Positions 1-21,291 of a DNA stretch of 64,000 bases are shown here, piece after piece. The stretch is from the human T2T-CHM13v2.0 reference genome, Homo sapiens. The notes below the pieces were generated by a model, which searched no databases, was not told the origin of the DNA, and was given only the letters and a program-made list of their open reading frames with translations. Where the stretch lies: assembly GCF_009914755.1 (NCBI RefSeq), contig NC_060933.1; one strand, 5' to 3'. The first letter of the stretch is position 1. Each line of letters opens with the position of its first letter. Both the position numbers and the translations under genes were made by a program.

Positions 1-432
1 TGAGCCGAGATCATGCCACTGCACTCCAGCCTGTGCAACAGAGCAAAAACTCCATCTCAAAAAAAAAGAATTCACAATAAAAAGCAATTAAAAGACAAAG
101 GTGTTTAATGTTTAAAGATATATAATCACCAGGCAAGGTCGCTCATGCCTGTAATCCCAGCACTTTGGGAGGCTGAGGCAGGTGGATCACTTGAGGTCAG
201 GAGTTTGAGACCAGCCTGACCAACATCACAAAACCCCTTCTCTACTAAAAATACAAAAATTAGCTGGCACGGTGGCCATGGGTACCTGTAATCCCAGATA
301 CTCAGGAAGCTGAGGCAGGAGAATTGCTTGAACCCAGGATGCAGAGACTGCAGGGAGCTGAGATCAAGCCACTGCACTCCAGCCAGGGCGACAGAGCGAG
401 ACTCCATCTCAAAAAAAAAAAAAAAAAAAAAG
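1..432 (+). mobile_element. Alu 3' end (1-68) and full Alu (129-432)
   Basis: Alu consensus with A tails. Confidence 0.95.
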
Positions 433-2590
<2,158 letters not shown>

Positions 2591-2597
2591 TATTGGT

Positions 2598-2895
2598 TTC
2601 TTTTTCTTTTCTTTGAGACGGAGTCTCACTCTGTTGCCCAGGCTGGAGTGCAATGCCGCGATCTCGGCTCACTGCAACCTCTGCCTCCTGGTTCCAGTGA
2701 TTCTCCTGCCTCAGCCTCCCAAGTAGCTGGGATTACAGGCATGTGCCACCAAGCCCGGCTAATTTTTCTATTTTTAGTAGAGACAGGGTTTCACCATGTT
2801 GGCCAGGCTGGTCTCGAACTCTTGACTTCAGGTGATCCTCCCGCCTTGGCCTCCCAAAGTGCTGGGATTACAGGCATGAGCCACCGCACCCAGCC
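2598..2895 (-). mobile_element. AluS
   Basis: Full dimer. Flanking repeat cagt(a/g)ttggtttct. Confidence 0.95.
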
Positions 2896-2935
2896 CAGTG
2901 TTGGTTTCTTAAAGTGCCACAGTAATGTAAGATGA

Positions 2936-3615
2936 TGTTATGGACTGAATTGTGTCCCTAAAATTCTTATGTTGAAGCCTTGACCCCCAACGTGACTACA
3001 GGGAATAGGGCCTTTAAGGAAGAAATCAAGGTTAAATGAGGTCATACAGGTGGGACTGATATCCTTATAAGATGAGAGATACAGGCCAGGCGCAGTGGCT
3101 CACGCCTGTAATCCCAGCACTTTGGGAAGCCAAGGCGGGTAGATCACAAGGTCAAGAGATTAAGACCATCCTGGCTAACACAGTGAAACCCCGTCTCTAC
3201 CAAAAATACAAAAAATTAGCCTGCATGATGGCGAGTGCCTGTAATCCCAGCTACTCAGGAGGCTGAGGCAGGAGAACGGCCTGAACCCGGGAGGCGGAGC
3301 TTGCAGTGAGCCAAAATCACGCAATGCACTCCAGCCTGGGTGACAGAGCAAGACTCTGTCTCAAAAAAAAAAAAAAAGGGAGATACCAGAGCACTCTCTC
3401 CCACTGAATGCACACAGGAAAGGTCACGTGGAGGTACAGGGAGAAGGCGGCAGTCTGCAAGCCAAGGACAGAGGCCTCAGCAGAAGCCAACCCCGCTGGC
3501 TCCTTGTTCTTGGCCTTCCTAAGCTCCAGAATTGTAACAAAATACATTTCTGTTGTCTACACCACGCAGACTATGCATAGCGTATTCTGTCACAGCAGCC
3601 CTAGATGACGAAGAC
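2936..3615 (+). mobile_element. MLT1 (MaLR) LTR interrupted by an Alu (3084-3377)
   Basis: Starts TGTTATGGACTGAATTGTGTCCC. Typical MLT1 3' half (gaaggcggcagtctgcaagccaag...tccagaattgt) resumes after the Alu. Confidence 0.8.
3084..3377 (+). mobile_element. Alu inserted in MLT1
   Basis: Full dimer with A tail. Confidence 0.95.
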
Positions 3616-3984
3616 AGATGACAACACTAGAGAAAAGTGAAACTGTGAGGCGGACAGAGGAATGCTCTACTATTTTTATCTTTTCTGTAACTCTAAAAGT
3701 TTTTTTTTTAAAGCAATTGACTAGGAGAAACTATTTGTAGCTTATATAACAAGGACTATATATAAATAAAAAACTATTTCTATGAAAATCTTAAAATTAC
3801 ACACAGTCCGATGAAAATAATCATATATTAAAAAGGCAAACCAGAAAAATAAATACAGATGACCAAAATCCATGTGACATATTTGGCCTAATTAGTAATT
3901 AGAAAAATGAAAATTACAAAATAATGAAATTTCATTTCATGCCATCCAGTTGGAAAAAAATTAAAATACTGATAGCAATCCTAG

Positions 3985-4307
<323 letters not shown>

Positions 4308-4727
4308 TAGATTGCTACTTTTATACAAAGAAGGTGGACTGTAAATTGATGGGGGCGTTCTGGAGGGCAATCTGGCAGTATCTGTTATGCATGTAACCGG
4401 TAACCCAGCCAATCCCTCTATTGAAATCGACCCGAGAGAAATACTGGCATAGGAGTACTAAGAAGCAATGGACAGGTGTTCACTATAGCAGTGTCTGCAG
4501 TAAGACTAAATGGAAATAATTGTCATTAATATGGGAATAATTAAACCATGGCAATCATACTATCACTTAAAGTTAATAAAGTAGATCAATATGTAATCTT
4601 TCCACAGTCATACAAAGATCAACTAAGTATTTAAAAAACCTAATTGCATGATATATGTAAACAGAATAAATCAAAACTAAGCCTTATTTCTAAGGTAAAT
4701 TTATATGTATAAAAATAAACAGATTTA

Positions 4728-5315
<588 letters not shown>

Positions 5316-5924
5316 GACAACAGAAAAATGCCCCTCCCAAAGAGTTACAGTGGTTACCAAGGAGATGGCCACTGTAAAGAGTTACAGTGGTTATCAAGGA
5401 TTTGGGGGCAGGGAAGGAAGTATTTACTTTTTGAGTATTAGGTGGGTTTGAACGTGTTGGTGTTAGTCCATAAGTGAAAATATATTCCTCTGGGGAGTGA
5501 GGGAAGGATGAGGAGGAAGCCTTTCATCTTTCACAGTTATGTCCCCCTTAACCTTGGTGTCCTCTGCATCCCTGTTCAGTGTGGTCAAACAACAGCTATT
5601 TCCTGCCAGGACAAGATCCACCGTCCCAGCACAGATATAAGGTTAAATACAGCATTGGTAGCTAGTGCTCTGAAATGGAAAGATGCGATAACAACTCCAG
5701 CTAGTTGCCTTTCATCATCATCCTTCCTTATCCTAGTTTATCCCCTGCAGCCCTGGGCTGGAGACACAAAGCTGACTCCCAGTGCGCTTCATGGTGAGAA
5801 CCAAGGGACGGCTCCATCAGCTAGCTCTCTGCTTCTCCTCCTGTTTTACGACAAAGGGCCCTGAAACTTAAGTCACTGGAAAAAACCTCTCCAGCCCCCG
5901 TCCCACATGCTGTCAATGTGACAC

Positions 5925-6505
5925 TGTAAAAAGTAAAGTAGAGGTTCCTCTTCAAAGACTTTCCTCCCCGTCCAATTAGGAATAAATAGTAACTTTTCTT
6001 AGAAGCAAAATTTATCCAAAGACCTATGCTAACATTCTTAAATATCTGCTAACCATAATAAAAAAATCAATATACTTTATGTTCTTAGCTCCCACAATTT
6101 AGCCTAAATATTTGCCCTGGCATGCTTATACTGGTCCAAGCAAGCATTAGGTCATAGCCTGTTCCTCTTTAAAGTGTTTTTACCTTTCTCAGCATTTCAC
6201 AAGTTACTTCCTCCTTCCTTTGTTCCACTCTACCTCTGCCTCTTTTAAAAAGTTCTAAGTTGCTAGTCAACTGGGACAAATACAGAATGTAAGGTACGGT
6301 TCCAGTCAATGGAAACTGGACACAGCAGTAGGGTGGATGCGTCAAGTTATAAATGACCCTGTCTCCTTTGTTTGGTGTACTTTCGTGACAAAACTGCTGG
6401 CGAGTGTACCCTTTCTGCAGGAAGTAAAAAAGGCCTTACTAAAAAAATTAAATGTATGTTCAAGTGCTATTTCTTTATGGCACTGAGGAACAAACATTTC
6501 AAACA
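5925..6505 (+). mobile_element. solo ERV1 LTR, LTR10 family (HERV-I/HERVIP10)
   Basis: TG...CA termini with 4-bp TSD ACAC (5921-5924, 6506-6509). 5' end TGTAAAAAGTAAAGTAGAGGTTCCTCTTCAAAG matches the recalled LTR10 consensus. TATA-like TTATAAA and ATTAAA inside. Confidence 0.75.
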
Positions 6506-7045
6506 ACACAAAAGCAAAATCAGAGTTCAAGACCTTAGTTTCCTGTGTCACTGGATGCTGTATAATTAAACTCTCATCTGAGACTTTTACCAGATTTACT
6601 AATTAAATTGATCAGGATAGAGAATGGACTATCCAGATGAATTCCTCTTACTAATTTTATATAATGGGCCTGGGTTGTTTATTTACTTTAACTGCAGGGA
6701 CAAGGATAAAACATATATGATTGGTTTAAGCTACAACAGGGAGCCGATCGGGCAGATCTGGTGGCAGTTGCTCTAATCAGAAACTTACACTCCAGAGACG
6801 GATGGCCATTATTAAAGCAGGGAGTCACATTCCAGAAATAATACAGTAGCTCTTCTGTTACGCATACCTCTGGAAAATTTATAATTCAAATACTGGGCAT
6901 CAAAAATATTTTTATTGGTAAAATTAGTGGCATGTTCATCAGAATAATCCCTGTAAGAAATGGGCTCTCATTGGTGAAATTAGTGACTATCCACATATGC
7001 AGATTTGTCTAAAATATTTTATGGATACACCCCACATTTGCATGA

Positions 7046-7791
<746 letters not shown>

Positions 7792-8416
7792 GGTTGTGAG
7801 GATTTCTGATTGACTGGAACCAACTATAAGCATGACAAACCCTATACCTGTGCTTCAAGTAAGCTTTTCATAAAAGGGGTCAGAGTACCCACAAAATGCA
7901 AGAGCTAAGCTTTCAGGACAGGACGAATCATCTGTTTTGTGCCTGCTTGCTAATAAATATGCATTGAATGAACGACTGTTGAGTGGCAGACTTTTTCATC
8001 TGAGGCTAGCTTTTATTATAACTTGGTAGCAGTGTTGTGGGGAAGCAGCTAAACTCCATCTACCTCAAGTCTTTTTGGTTGTGACTGTAACCTATCAAAA
8101 AGTCCTAAGGGGTGTGGATGACCAGATTGGCTCAGGTCCGTTTCCAGCAGTATGGTACAAAGAATTAGATTACATATGGTATCACTAATATGCCCTAAAA
8201 CATTTGGATCATAGTCAAGAAAGTCAGACTCCTGACCCAGAGAAGAGAAGGCACAGAGGAAGAAAGCATTCACTTTCAGCAGATAAGATATTCTTCTAGG
8301 ATAAGCCAAGAACTCTGATAGGTTACATTCTAATTTTTCCATCTAAATAAGCATTTCAAAGGGGAAAAAAGATAAGTAAGTGTCTATATCATTTCAAATT
8401 TCTTGGCAATTAATAA

Positions 8417-8761
<345 letters not shown>

Positions 8762-8987
8762 TAATTGCCTTATCGGAAGCAAAATTATTCATAATATTTT
8801 ATCTCCAATGATATTTCAAATCCTTCCTAACATTATTTAGGACATTCACAATTCTAGGCCACTCAACATATTAATAAGTAATTCTTTCTTTAGAAAACAA
8901 CTTCTCAGAGAGATTTAAAATGCATTGTCATGCCAATTGCACTGTTGTTGTTTATTTAAAGAAAATGGTGTGGAAGGGATTAAGGCA

Positions 8988-9201
8988 CTTTTTTTTTTTT
9001 TAACTTTAAGTTCTGGGATATATGTGCAGAACGTGTATACATGTGGCATGGTGGTTTGCTGCACCCATCAACCCGTCATCTAGGTTTTAAGCCCCACATG
9101 CATTAGGTATTTGTCCTAATGCTTTCCCTCCCCTTGCCCCCAACCCCCAGACAGGCCCCAGTGGGTGATGTTTCCCTCCCTGTGTCCCTGTGTTCTCATT
9201 G
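8988..9201 (-). mobile_element. L1PA 3' end, 5'-truncated
   Basis: T-run followed by aactttaagttctgggatatatgtgcagaacgtg...cattaggtatttgtcctaatgct. Confidence 0.85.
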
Positions 9202-9219
9202 TAAGGTACATATTGAAGT

Positions 9220-9945
9220 TTTAAAAATGGGAACCAGGGCAAAAGTTTTGAATACATTTCACAAAAGCAGATACAGGAATGGCCTATAAGCCCATGAAAA
9301 AAGCATTCAGTATCAGGGAAATGCAAATTAAAACCACAATGAAATACCACTTCACACCCATTAAAATGGCTAAAATTAGAAATGACAACACCAATTGTTG
9401 GAGAAGATGTAGTGCAATTAGAATTCATACATTGCTAATGGAATGTAAAATGGTATGTAGACACTGGCAAAATTGAGCAGTTTCTTACAAAGTTACTCAG
9501 GCTTTCCCTATGACCCAGACATTCTACTCCTAAGTATATATCTAAGGCAAATTAGTATGTGTGTCTACAAAAAGATTTGCAGATGAATATTTCTGCAGCT
9601 TTATAAAAGCTAAAAACTGAAAGCAACCCAAATGTACATCAATAAGACAATGGATAGACCGCATATATTCATACAAGGGAACACCGCTCAGCAGTAACAA
9701 AGGAATGAAGTACTGATACACAAAAGGAGACAGACACAAGAGTTTGTTTTATGATTCCATATGCATCAAGTTCAAGAGCAGGTAAAACTAATCTATAGTG
9801 ACAGAAACCAGACAGCAGATGCTTGGGGTAGTGGGATGACAGGAAAGACCCAGGGAACTTTAGCGTAGTTGTACACTTGCTAAAATTCAAACTACACATA
9901 AATCCATGCATTTTACTGTATGCAAATTACACTTGATTTTTTTAA
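9220..9945 (+). mobile_element. L1M 3' fragment
   Basis: [23 protein letters not shown]1 ORF2 C-terminal motif followed by 3' UTR-like sequence. Confidence 0.8.
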
Positions 9946-10216
9946 AACCTGGGGTGGGGGAGGGAAGGCCACCCAAAAACTCTTAACTGATACAGATCCA
10001 TGAAAAGGCTACAGAATTAATGAAGTATTCTGTAAAGAATATAATTGAGAATTATCTTGACCTTAGTATCTGTTACAGACTGTTGACAGTAAATGACATT
10101 GCAACTTTAAAAGACCTACCAGAAAAGATAAATGTGGTTAAGTAGAAAAATTCTTTTAAAGATTCTTGAAATAGTAATTGTATCCTTCTTCAGTCTGCAA
10201 AAGACGTTTACTTAAA

Positions 10217-10496
10217 TAATTTTATTTTATAGACAGGGTCTCACTGTCACCCAGGCTGTAGTGCAGTAGTGTAATCACAACTCACTGCAGCCTTGACCTA
10301 CTGGGCTCAGGCGATCCTCCCACCTCAGCCTTCTGAGTAGCTGGGACCACAGGTGTGCACCACCACACTCAGCTAATTTTTAAATTTTTTTGTGGAGATG
10401 GGGTCTTGCCATGTTGCTCAGGATGGGCTCAAGCAATCTTCTGGCCTCAGCCTCCCAAAGTGCTGGGATTACAGGTGTGAGCCACCATGCCCAGTC
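10217..10496 (-). mobile_element. AluJ
   Basis: Diverged dimer. Confidence 0.9.
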
Positions 10497-10665
10497 CATA
10501 TTTTAAAAATTTTAAAAAGTGGCTCTTCAAGTCCTAAAATTGGCACAAAGGAAAATTCATGGAAATAGGGCCTAAGTTAGCTTTAATAGATTATCTGCCA
10601 TTCCCTATATTCTATCAACCCCACTACTTTAAAAAAACATGAACTGGATTTAAAATGAGAAAACA

Positions 10666-10971
10666 GGCCAGGCGCGGTGGCTCATGCCTGTAATCCCAGC
10701 ACTTTGGGAGGCTGAGGTGGGCAGATCACTTGAGGTCAGGATTTCGAGACTAGCCTGGCCAACACCGCGAAACCCTGTCTCTACTAAAAATACAAAAATT
10801 AACCGGGCGTGTTGGCGTGTGCCTGTAATTCCAGCTACTCAGGAGGCTGAGGCAGGACAATCGCTTGAACCCAGGAAGCGGTGGCTGCAGTGAAAAGAGA
10901 TTGCACCACTGCACTCTAGCCTAGGCAACAGAGTGAGACTCTGTCTCGAAAACAAAAACAACAAAAAAAAA
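10666..10971 (+). mobile_element. AluS
   Basis: TSD gagaaaaca. Confidence 0.95.
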
Positions 10972-12264
10972 GAGAAAACAGTGACTAGGCCAAGCTCTCT
11001 CACCACCTAAAACATCACCATCCAAAAGAACTTTCTGCAAGAAAGGGAAAGTCTCTATCTGCTCTGTCTAATACAGGAGCCACTGCCACATGTGGGTAGT
11101 GGTCACTACAATGGACAGCACACACGGAGGAAATAAACCTATCAGTTTCTAATCTGTAGCCTCTGACAAGGGGGATCCTGACAGACAAAAGGCCTCCACG
11201 GAAGCAAGGAGCAAATAGTGTTCCTTCTGCCTTGAGGGCCTTTGCTGCCAAGAGCCTTGATCCCAGCACCAGGCATCACTGCACCCCTGGGCAGATACAC
11301 TTGGCCCTGCACTGCTGAGCTCACACCAGACACTCAGCTAATGCCTGTTTCATAAACAAGTGAATATGTACACAGAGGTTGGGCTCCATGGAGTACATCT
11401 TAGTCTAGGCACTTTATACATGTGATCTCCTTCACCTTTCACCAGTCTGATGACATAGGTCTTAGCACCCTTATTTTACGAATGGGAGAGGCGGCACCAA
11501 GGAAGAGTAAGTAGCCTGCACAGGGCTTGTGATGACAGGGTGATATATGAACATATGTAGCCAATGTATTCCGAATCAACAAATACGAAGGAGCACATAT
11601 ATCAACAAGTGCCCCAGAGCAATTTTTTTAAAGGAAGCCAACTCCCCGCCCCGCCCCCACAATTTCTCATTATTATATCATAGTGTTATTTCAAGGAAAG
11701 CCTATGGAAAAATAATTAAGTGGCTCAGGTAAGTGACTTCCAGACTGCCTACTTTATACGATATGGCTTTCAAGATTTAATTTTTTTTTTCTATTCCAGA
11801 AAGGAAAACCAAAAAAACCCTGAAACCCACATCATAGAAAGTTTCAATTCCCTTCAAAGCTTTGCTTCTTGTGGGGGCTGCAATACTACAGAAGAAACAC
11901 TCTGGGGGTCCAGGGGAGGGGGCAGGAAGCAGCAGAACTGTGTGGAAACGCAGGAGAGGGAGTGGGCTGTTCACTGAAAGCCCCCTATTAACCCACGCAG
12001 GGCTTTCAGCAAAGGAGTGTGCTGCTTTTACTTATAAGCCGGCTTTTACAACAACACATTTCCACAGCAGTAACATTCAGCTCTCTGCAGCAGCCCACTG
12101 CTGTGCATAGCCTGTCAGCAACTCCACTGGAAGCCAAAGGATTTTAAGAGAAATTTGCTTATACTTTGATGTTGAGGGCAAAAAGCTCACTAAGTTTCCC
12201 AAATTGACATTAAAATTTTGAGTTAGTTTTATCCAGAATAGGAAGTGTACTTAAATTTATAGGG

Positions 12265-12549
<285 letters not shown>

Positions 12550-12815
12550 AATTTGTAGTTTTTAAAACACTACCTTTTCTTACATAAAAAGGGCGGTTTT
12601 AGAAGAAGTCAGTAAAAATCTGGGAATTTTAATGTCAATACTGAATTATATTTATTATCTATTTTATAACAAAGTGATGTTTAGCTTGTAACTATGAAGT
12701 AGATTTAAATTTTGTAGTATCATTTGGATAGTTATCATAGACAAAATACCACTAGAAAGCAGGAGTTAAATCTTTCTGTAGAATGAAATTCATAAAGTAT
12801 TAAACATTTTGATTA

Positions 12816-13197
<382 letters not shown>

Positions 13198-13451
13198 TCA
13201 CACAGCCTAAATTTTCCTAAACAATTCTAATTTCATATTTCCATTCCATTCCTAAAAGTAACCTTTTCATTTGTCAGGTGTATGCACTTATTTGCTTAAG
13301 GTCCAAGTAAAATATTCTTTGAAATCTGGACTCTTGATCTTCAGGAGCCTAATGTAATTTAGGAAAGAATAGCTACACAAATAGAATATTAAGATTAGTC
13401 TGCAAATAGAAATAGATGTAACACCGAGCTTTTAAAAACCGTAAGTTTTTA

Positions 13452-13750
13452 GGCCGGGCACGGTGGCTCACACCTGTAATCACAGCACTTTGGGAGACCC
13501 AGGCAGGTGGATCATGAGGTCAGGAGATCGAGACCATCCTGGTTAACATGGTGAAACCCTGTCTCTACTAAAAAAATACAAAAAAATTAGGCAGGCGTGG
13601 TGGCGGGTGCCTGTAGTCCCAGCTACTCAGAAGGCTGAGGCAGGAGAATGGCGTGAACCCGGGAGGCAGAGCTTGCCGTGAGCTGAGATTGCACCACTGC
13701 ACCCCAGCCTGGGCAACAGAGCAAGACTCCATCTCAAAAAAAAAAAAAAA
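13452..13750 (+). mobile_element. AluY
   Basis: gagaatggcgtgaacccggg diagnostic. TSD aagttttta. Confidence 0.93.
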
Positions 13751-13754
13751 GTTT

Positions 13755-15527
13755 TTAAATTGTGGTCAAAAACAAACAACATAAAAATTACCATCTTAGC
13801 CATTTTAAGAGCACAGTATAATAATGTTAACTTGTATGTACACTGCTGCGCAATACATCTCAAAGTTTTTCACCGTGCTAAACTGAAACTCTATATCCAC
13901 TGAACAGGAACTCCTCTTTTCCCTATCCCCCAAAGGTCCTGGAAACCACCATTCTACTTTCTGTCTCTAGGAGTCTGACTACTTTAGATACCCTATATAC
14001 ATGGAATCAAGCAGTATTTGTCTTTTCGTGACAAGCTTATTGAACGTAGCATAATGCCCTGAAGCTTCATCCATGTTGTAGTATATGACAGGATTTCTTT
14101 CTTTTTTAAAGCTGGATAATATTCCACTGTTAGATACATACCAGATTTTCTTTTTCCATTCATCTGTTGATGAATATTGAGGTGGCTTCCACCTCTTGGC
14201 TCTTGTGAAAAATGCTGGACTGGACATAAGTGTAAAAGTACCACTGGGCAATCCTGTTTTCAATTCTTTTGGTGGTATAACCAGCAGTGGGATTGCTGGA
14301 TCAATTTTTAGTTTTCTGAGGAACCTCTATACTATTTTCCATAGCAACTGCAGCATTTTACATTCCCACCAAAAGTGTACAAGACTTCCAATTTCTCCAC
14401 ATCCTCGCCAACATTTATTTCCTGGTTTTTTTTTTTTTTCCTTTGACAGCAGCCATCCTAAAAGGTGTAGTTTTGATTTGCATTTCTCTAAAGATTAGTG
14501 TCAGTGAGCATCTTTTTTCTTTTTTAGAGATGGGGTCTCTTTTGCCCAGCCTGGCCTGGAACTCCTGGGCTCATGTGGTCCTTCCACCTCAGCCTCCCAA
14601 GTAGCTGGGCCTACATACAGGTGCATGCCACAGCTCTGGCTGTGGAGCAGTTTTCATACGCTCATTGGTCATGTGTATATCTTCTTTAGAAAACTGTTGA
14701 TTCAAGCCCTTTGCGTATTTTTTAATTGGTTTGTTTTCATTTGTTAAGTTGCAGGAGTTGCGTATATATTGTATATATTAGCCCCTTGTGCTATCCCCTT
14801 ATCAGAGATACGGTTTGCTTCCATTCTAGGTTGTCTTTTCACTCTGCTGTTTTCTTTGCCGAGCAGAAGTTTCAAAGTTTGATGTAATCCCACTTGTCTA
14901 TTTCTGCTTATGCTGCCTGTGCTTTTGGTATCATATCCAATAAATTATTCCCAAATCTAACGTCATGAGGCATTTTCCTATGCTTTTGTCTAAGACTTTT
15001 ATAGTTTCTGGTCTTATGTTTAGGTCTTTAAGATACTTTGCATTAATTTTTGTATCTAGGGTAAGGTAAGAGTCCAACCTCATTCTCTTGCAGGTGGACA
15101 TCCAGTTTTCCCAAACCATTTGTTGAAGACACAAATTCTTGGTATCTTTGTCAAAGATCATTTAACCATATACATAAGGGTTTATTTCTGGGCTGTTTAC
15201 TCTATTCCATTGGTCTGTCCTCATGCCAGTATCATACTGCTTTGATTACTGTGGCTTTGTAATATATTCTGAAATCAGGAATTGAAGCCTCTAGCTTTTT
15301 TTTTCTTTCCCCTTTTCAAGCTTGTTTTGGATATTCAATATCCTTTGAGGTTCCATATAAATTTTAGGATTATTTTTCTAAGTCTGCACAAAATGCCATT
15401 AGGATTTTGATAGGGACTGCATTCAATCTGCAGATAGCTTTAGGTAGTTATTAACATTTTAACAATATTAAGTCTTCCGATTCACAAGCAACAAGATGTC
15501 TTTCCATTTATTTGTGTCTTTAATTTC
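13755..15527 (-). mobile_element. L1MB-type 3' portion (ORF2 end plus 3' UTR), interrupted by FLAM 14513-14641
   Basis: Track peptides WENWMSTCKRMRLDSYLTLDTKIN and [15 protein letters not shown] resemble the L1 ORF2 C-terminus. Confidence 0.85.
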
Positions 15528-16152
15528 TTTTTTTTTTTGAGACGGAGTCTTGCTCTGTGGCCCAGGCTGGAGTGCAGTGGCGCGATCTAGGCTCACTGCA
15601 AGCTCCGCCTCCCGGGTTCACGCCATTCTCCTGACTCAGCCTTCCGAGTAGCTGGGACTACAGGCGCCCACCAACTCGCCCGGCTAATTTTTTGTATTTT
15701 TAGTAGAGATGGGGTTTCACCGTGTTAGCCAGGATGGTCTCCATCTCCTGACCTCGTGATCTGCCCGCCTCGGCCTCCCAAAGTGCTGGGATTACAGGCA
15801 TGAGCCACAGCGCCCGGCCTGTCTTTAATTTCTTTCAGCAATGTAAAACCTTAAGGGTTTTTTTGTTTTCTAAGACAGGGTCTCACTCTTTTGCCCAGGC
15901 TGGAGTACAGTGGAAAAATCACAGCTCACTGCAGCCTTGACTCCCAGGCTCAAGCGATCCCACCTCATCAGTCTCCCACATTGCTGGGACTACTGGCACA
16001 TGCCACCACACCCAGCTAATTGTTGTATTTTTTGTAGAGACACGGTCTCACTATGTTGCCCAGGCTGGTCTTGAATTCCCGGACTCAAGTGATCCACTCG
16101 CCTCTGCCTGGCAGAGTGCTGGGATTACAGGTGTGAACCACCGCACCCAGCC
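15528..16152 (-). mobile_element. AluY (15528-15819) and AluJ (15859-16152)
   Basis: AluY TSD tgtctttaatttcttt. Confidence 0.93.
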
Positions 16153-16268
16153 AAAAAGCTGTTTTTGCTTCTCAAGCAAATTCCTATGCACTTATCGAGC
16201 AAAGAAATCTATTCACTGAAATATGTTCACCATCAGTTTTGTAACTTATTCTTCAAAAACAGGTTGCT

Positions 16269-16630
<362 letters not shown>

Positions 16631-16982
16631 CTACAAGATCAGAAAGGTTAATTCCTATAATTTTATTAAATTTAAAAAAAGCCATTTGGTATTCATCTAC
16701 AATGTAAATGTAGTATTATGGAGGTTACAATAACTCCTCAGTCTTTAATTTCTAAACATTGAGGAGTCAAAGTTAAATAAAATTAAAATGTTTGCCGTAA
16801 GAGTTGTTAACTGCTCAGAAAATGGTTCATATGTGAAATAAAATAGAATTTAAAAACCCCATTTGTAGTTCCTAAATATCTAAGAAAAAGTTTAACATGT
16901 AATGTGCAAGACAGGTATGAAATTTTAATATATTACTGAGGGACCCAAAAGAAGACTTCAGCAGTCAAAAAGCCATACTATA

Positions 16983-17338
<356 letters not shown>

Positions 17339-18212
17339 TTAATTCATATAAATAATTAACAGGATTTTTTGTTTCTTCGTGGAAGGCAAGTGGATCCTAA
17401 AGTTAATATGGAAAAATAAGGAAGAACAAACAAGAAGAGTTTGGGAGAAAGCTGGGAGGGGAAAAAAGCTCTAAAAAGGGATAGCACACCTGGATATGTA
17501 AAGATATTAAAAGGCCTCTGTTACTAAAACAGACAGTTGCTGGCATCCAACAGACATACACAAAGAAGAGATGTCAAGAGAAGTCCTAAGATAGACCCGA
17601 ACACATTCAGGAATGTAATACATGATAAAGATGATAAACCAGATGTCATGTAAATAAATGGTATTAGGTAGCCATCTGAAAAGATAAAGTAACTCTCACC
17701 TCACAACTGAGTAAACTTAAAATGAAGAAAATATTTAGACGTAAGAAAATAAAAACAAAAAATCTGTAACAAAACATAAGATTTCCAATACTAGACAAGA
17801 TGGAGCGACAGGAACCAGATTTACTATTCCTCTGGAAAAAGCAACTAACTTAAATTATAAAAACCAAAATACATTATACGTTTTTCAAGACTGGATATCA
17901 AGCAATGAAGGACACAGGCAATCCCTGAGACACAGGAAACAAAAAGGTGAGCCCTGCAACTGCTTTGGCTTACCGCTGCTGCACAAAGAGTAAACTGAGG
18001 CAGAACCTGGCAGATGCCCTGAATTAACGACATGGAGCTGAGTCCAGGGAAAATCAAGGCAGCAAGAGCTCCCAGGACAGAGTAACCAAAGAGAAGAAAG
18101 CTGCACAGAATAGAGAACCCTAGAGATTTGCAAAGGGTCCAAAGTATCCAACAGAATCCAACAGAACATAGAACATGCAAGTGAGAAAACTACTAAAGAC
18201 CCAGGAGAGGGT

Positions 18213-18941
<729 letters not shown>

Positions 18942-19856
18942 TTAGCCCTCAACTAAGCATTGGTCCAGGTCTGCCTAACAAATCATAAAAGCAAGACCTG
19001 AAAGTATCAGACTGTTTAAGTAACTTAACTACGTCTCTGAAAGTTTAAGGTTTATAACAATACGAAAATATTTAACACCCATGAAGTAAAATTCAGCATC
19101 CAGTCAAAGACTGCCAGGCATACAACGAAGCAGAAAAGCATGACACGTAAAGAAAATAATCAACCAAAACAGACTCAGAACTGACATACAGTTGGAGTCA
19201 GCAGAGAAAGACGCTACAAGTTACTATAACTCCATTCCATATATCGGTAAGATAGGCATCTACCTATACACACCCACATAAAAACTTGTACGTGAATGTT
19301 CTTAACAGCACTATTCATAATAGCCTAAAAGGAGAAACAACTTGAATGTGCATCAACTGGTAAACAAAATATGATACCGTCATACAATGCAATATTCAGC
19401 CATAAAATGGAATACGTACTGATACATACTATAAAATAGGTGGACCTCACAAACATGCTGTATGAAAAGAAACCAGGCATAAAAGAACACAAATAGTACG
19501 ATCTCATTTATATGAAATATTCAAAATAGGAAATAAGTAGTGAGAGAAAGTAGATTCGTAGTTGCGCCTGGCTGGGAGAGGTGAGGGGAAGGGAATAGCT
19601 GCCATTGGGTATGAGCATTTTTGAGGGGATAATGAAAATATATTAAAATCAGATCATGGTAACAGGTACACAACTCTACAAATACTCCATTTATTTAAAA
19701 AAGCTTTAAAAATATTTAAAGTTAAATAATTGACATTTGAATACTATATAAAATATAACTTTCAACAAACACACCATTGAAATACACATTTTAAGTTGGT
19801 GAACTGCATGATATGTGAATTAGAGCTGTTATTTAAAAAGAAAAGAAAAGAAAAAA

Positions 19857-21291
<1,435 letters not shown>

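Noticed and set aside
9279-9476. ORFs resembling L1 ORF2 (also 14931-15161) and ORF1 (62312-62515)
   Set aside because: Short degraded fragments of dead L1 copies, not genes.
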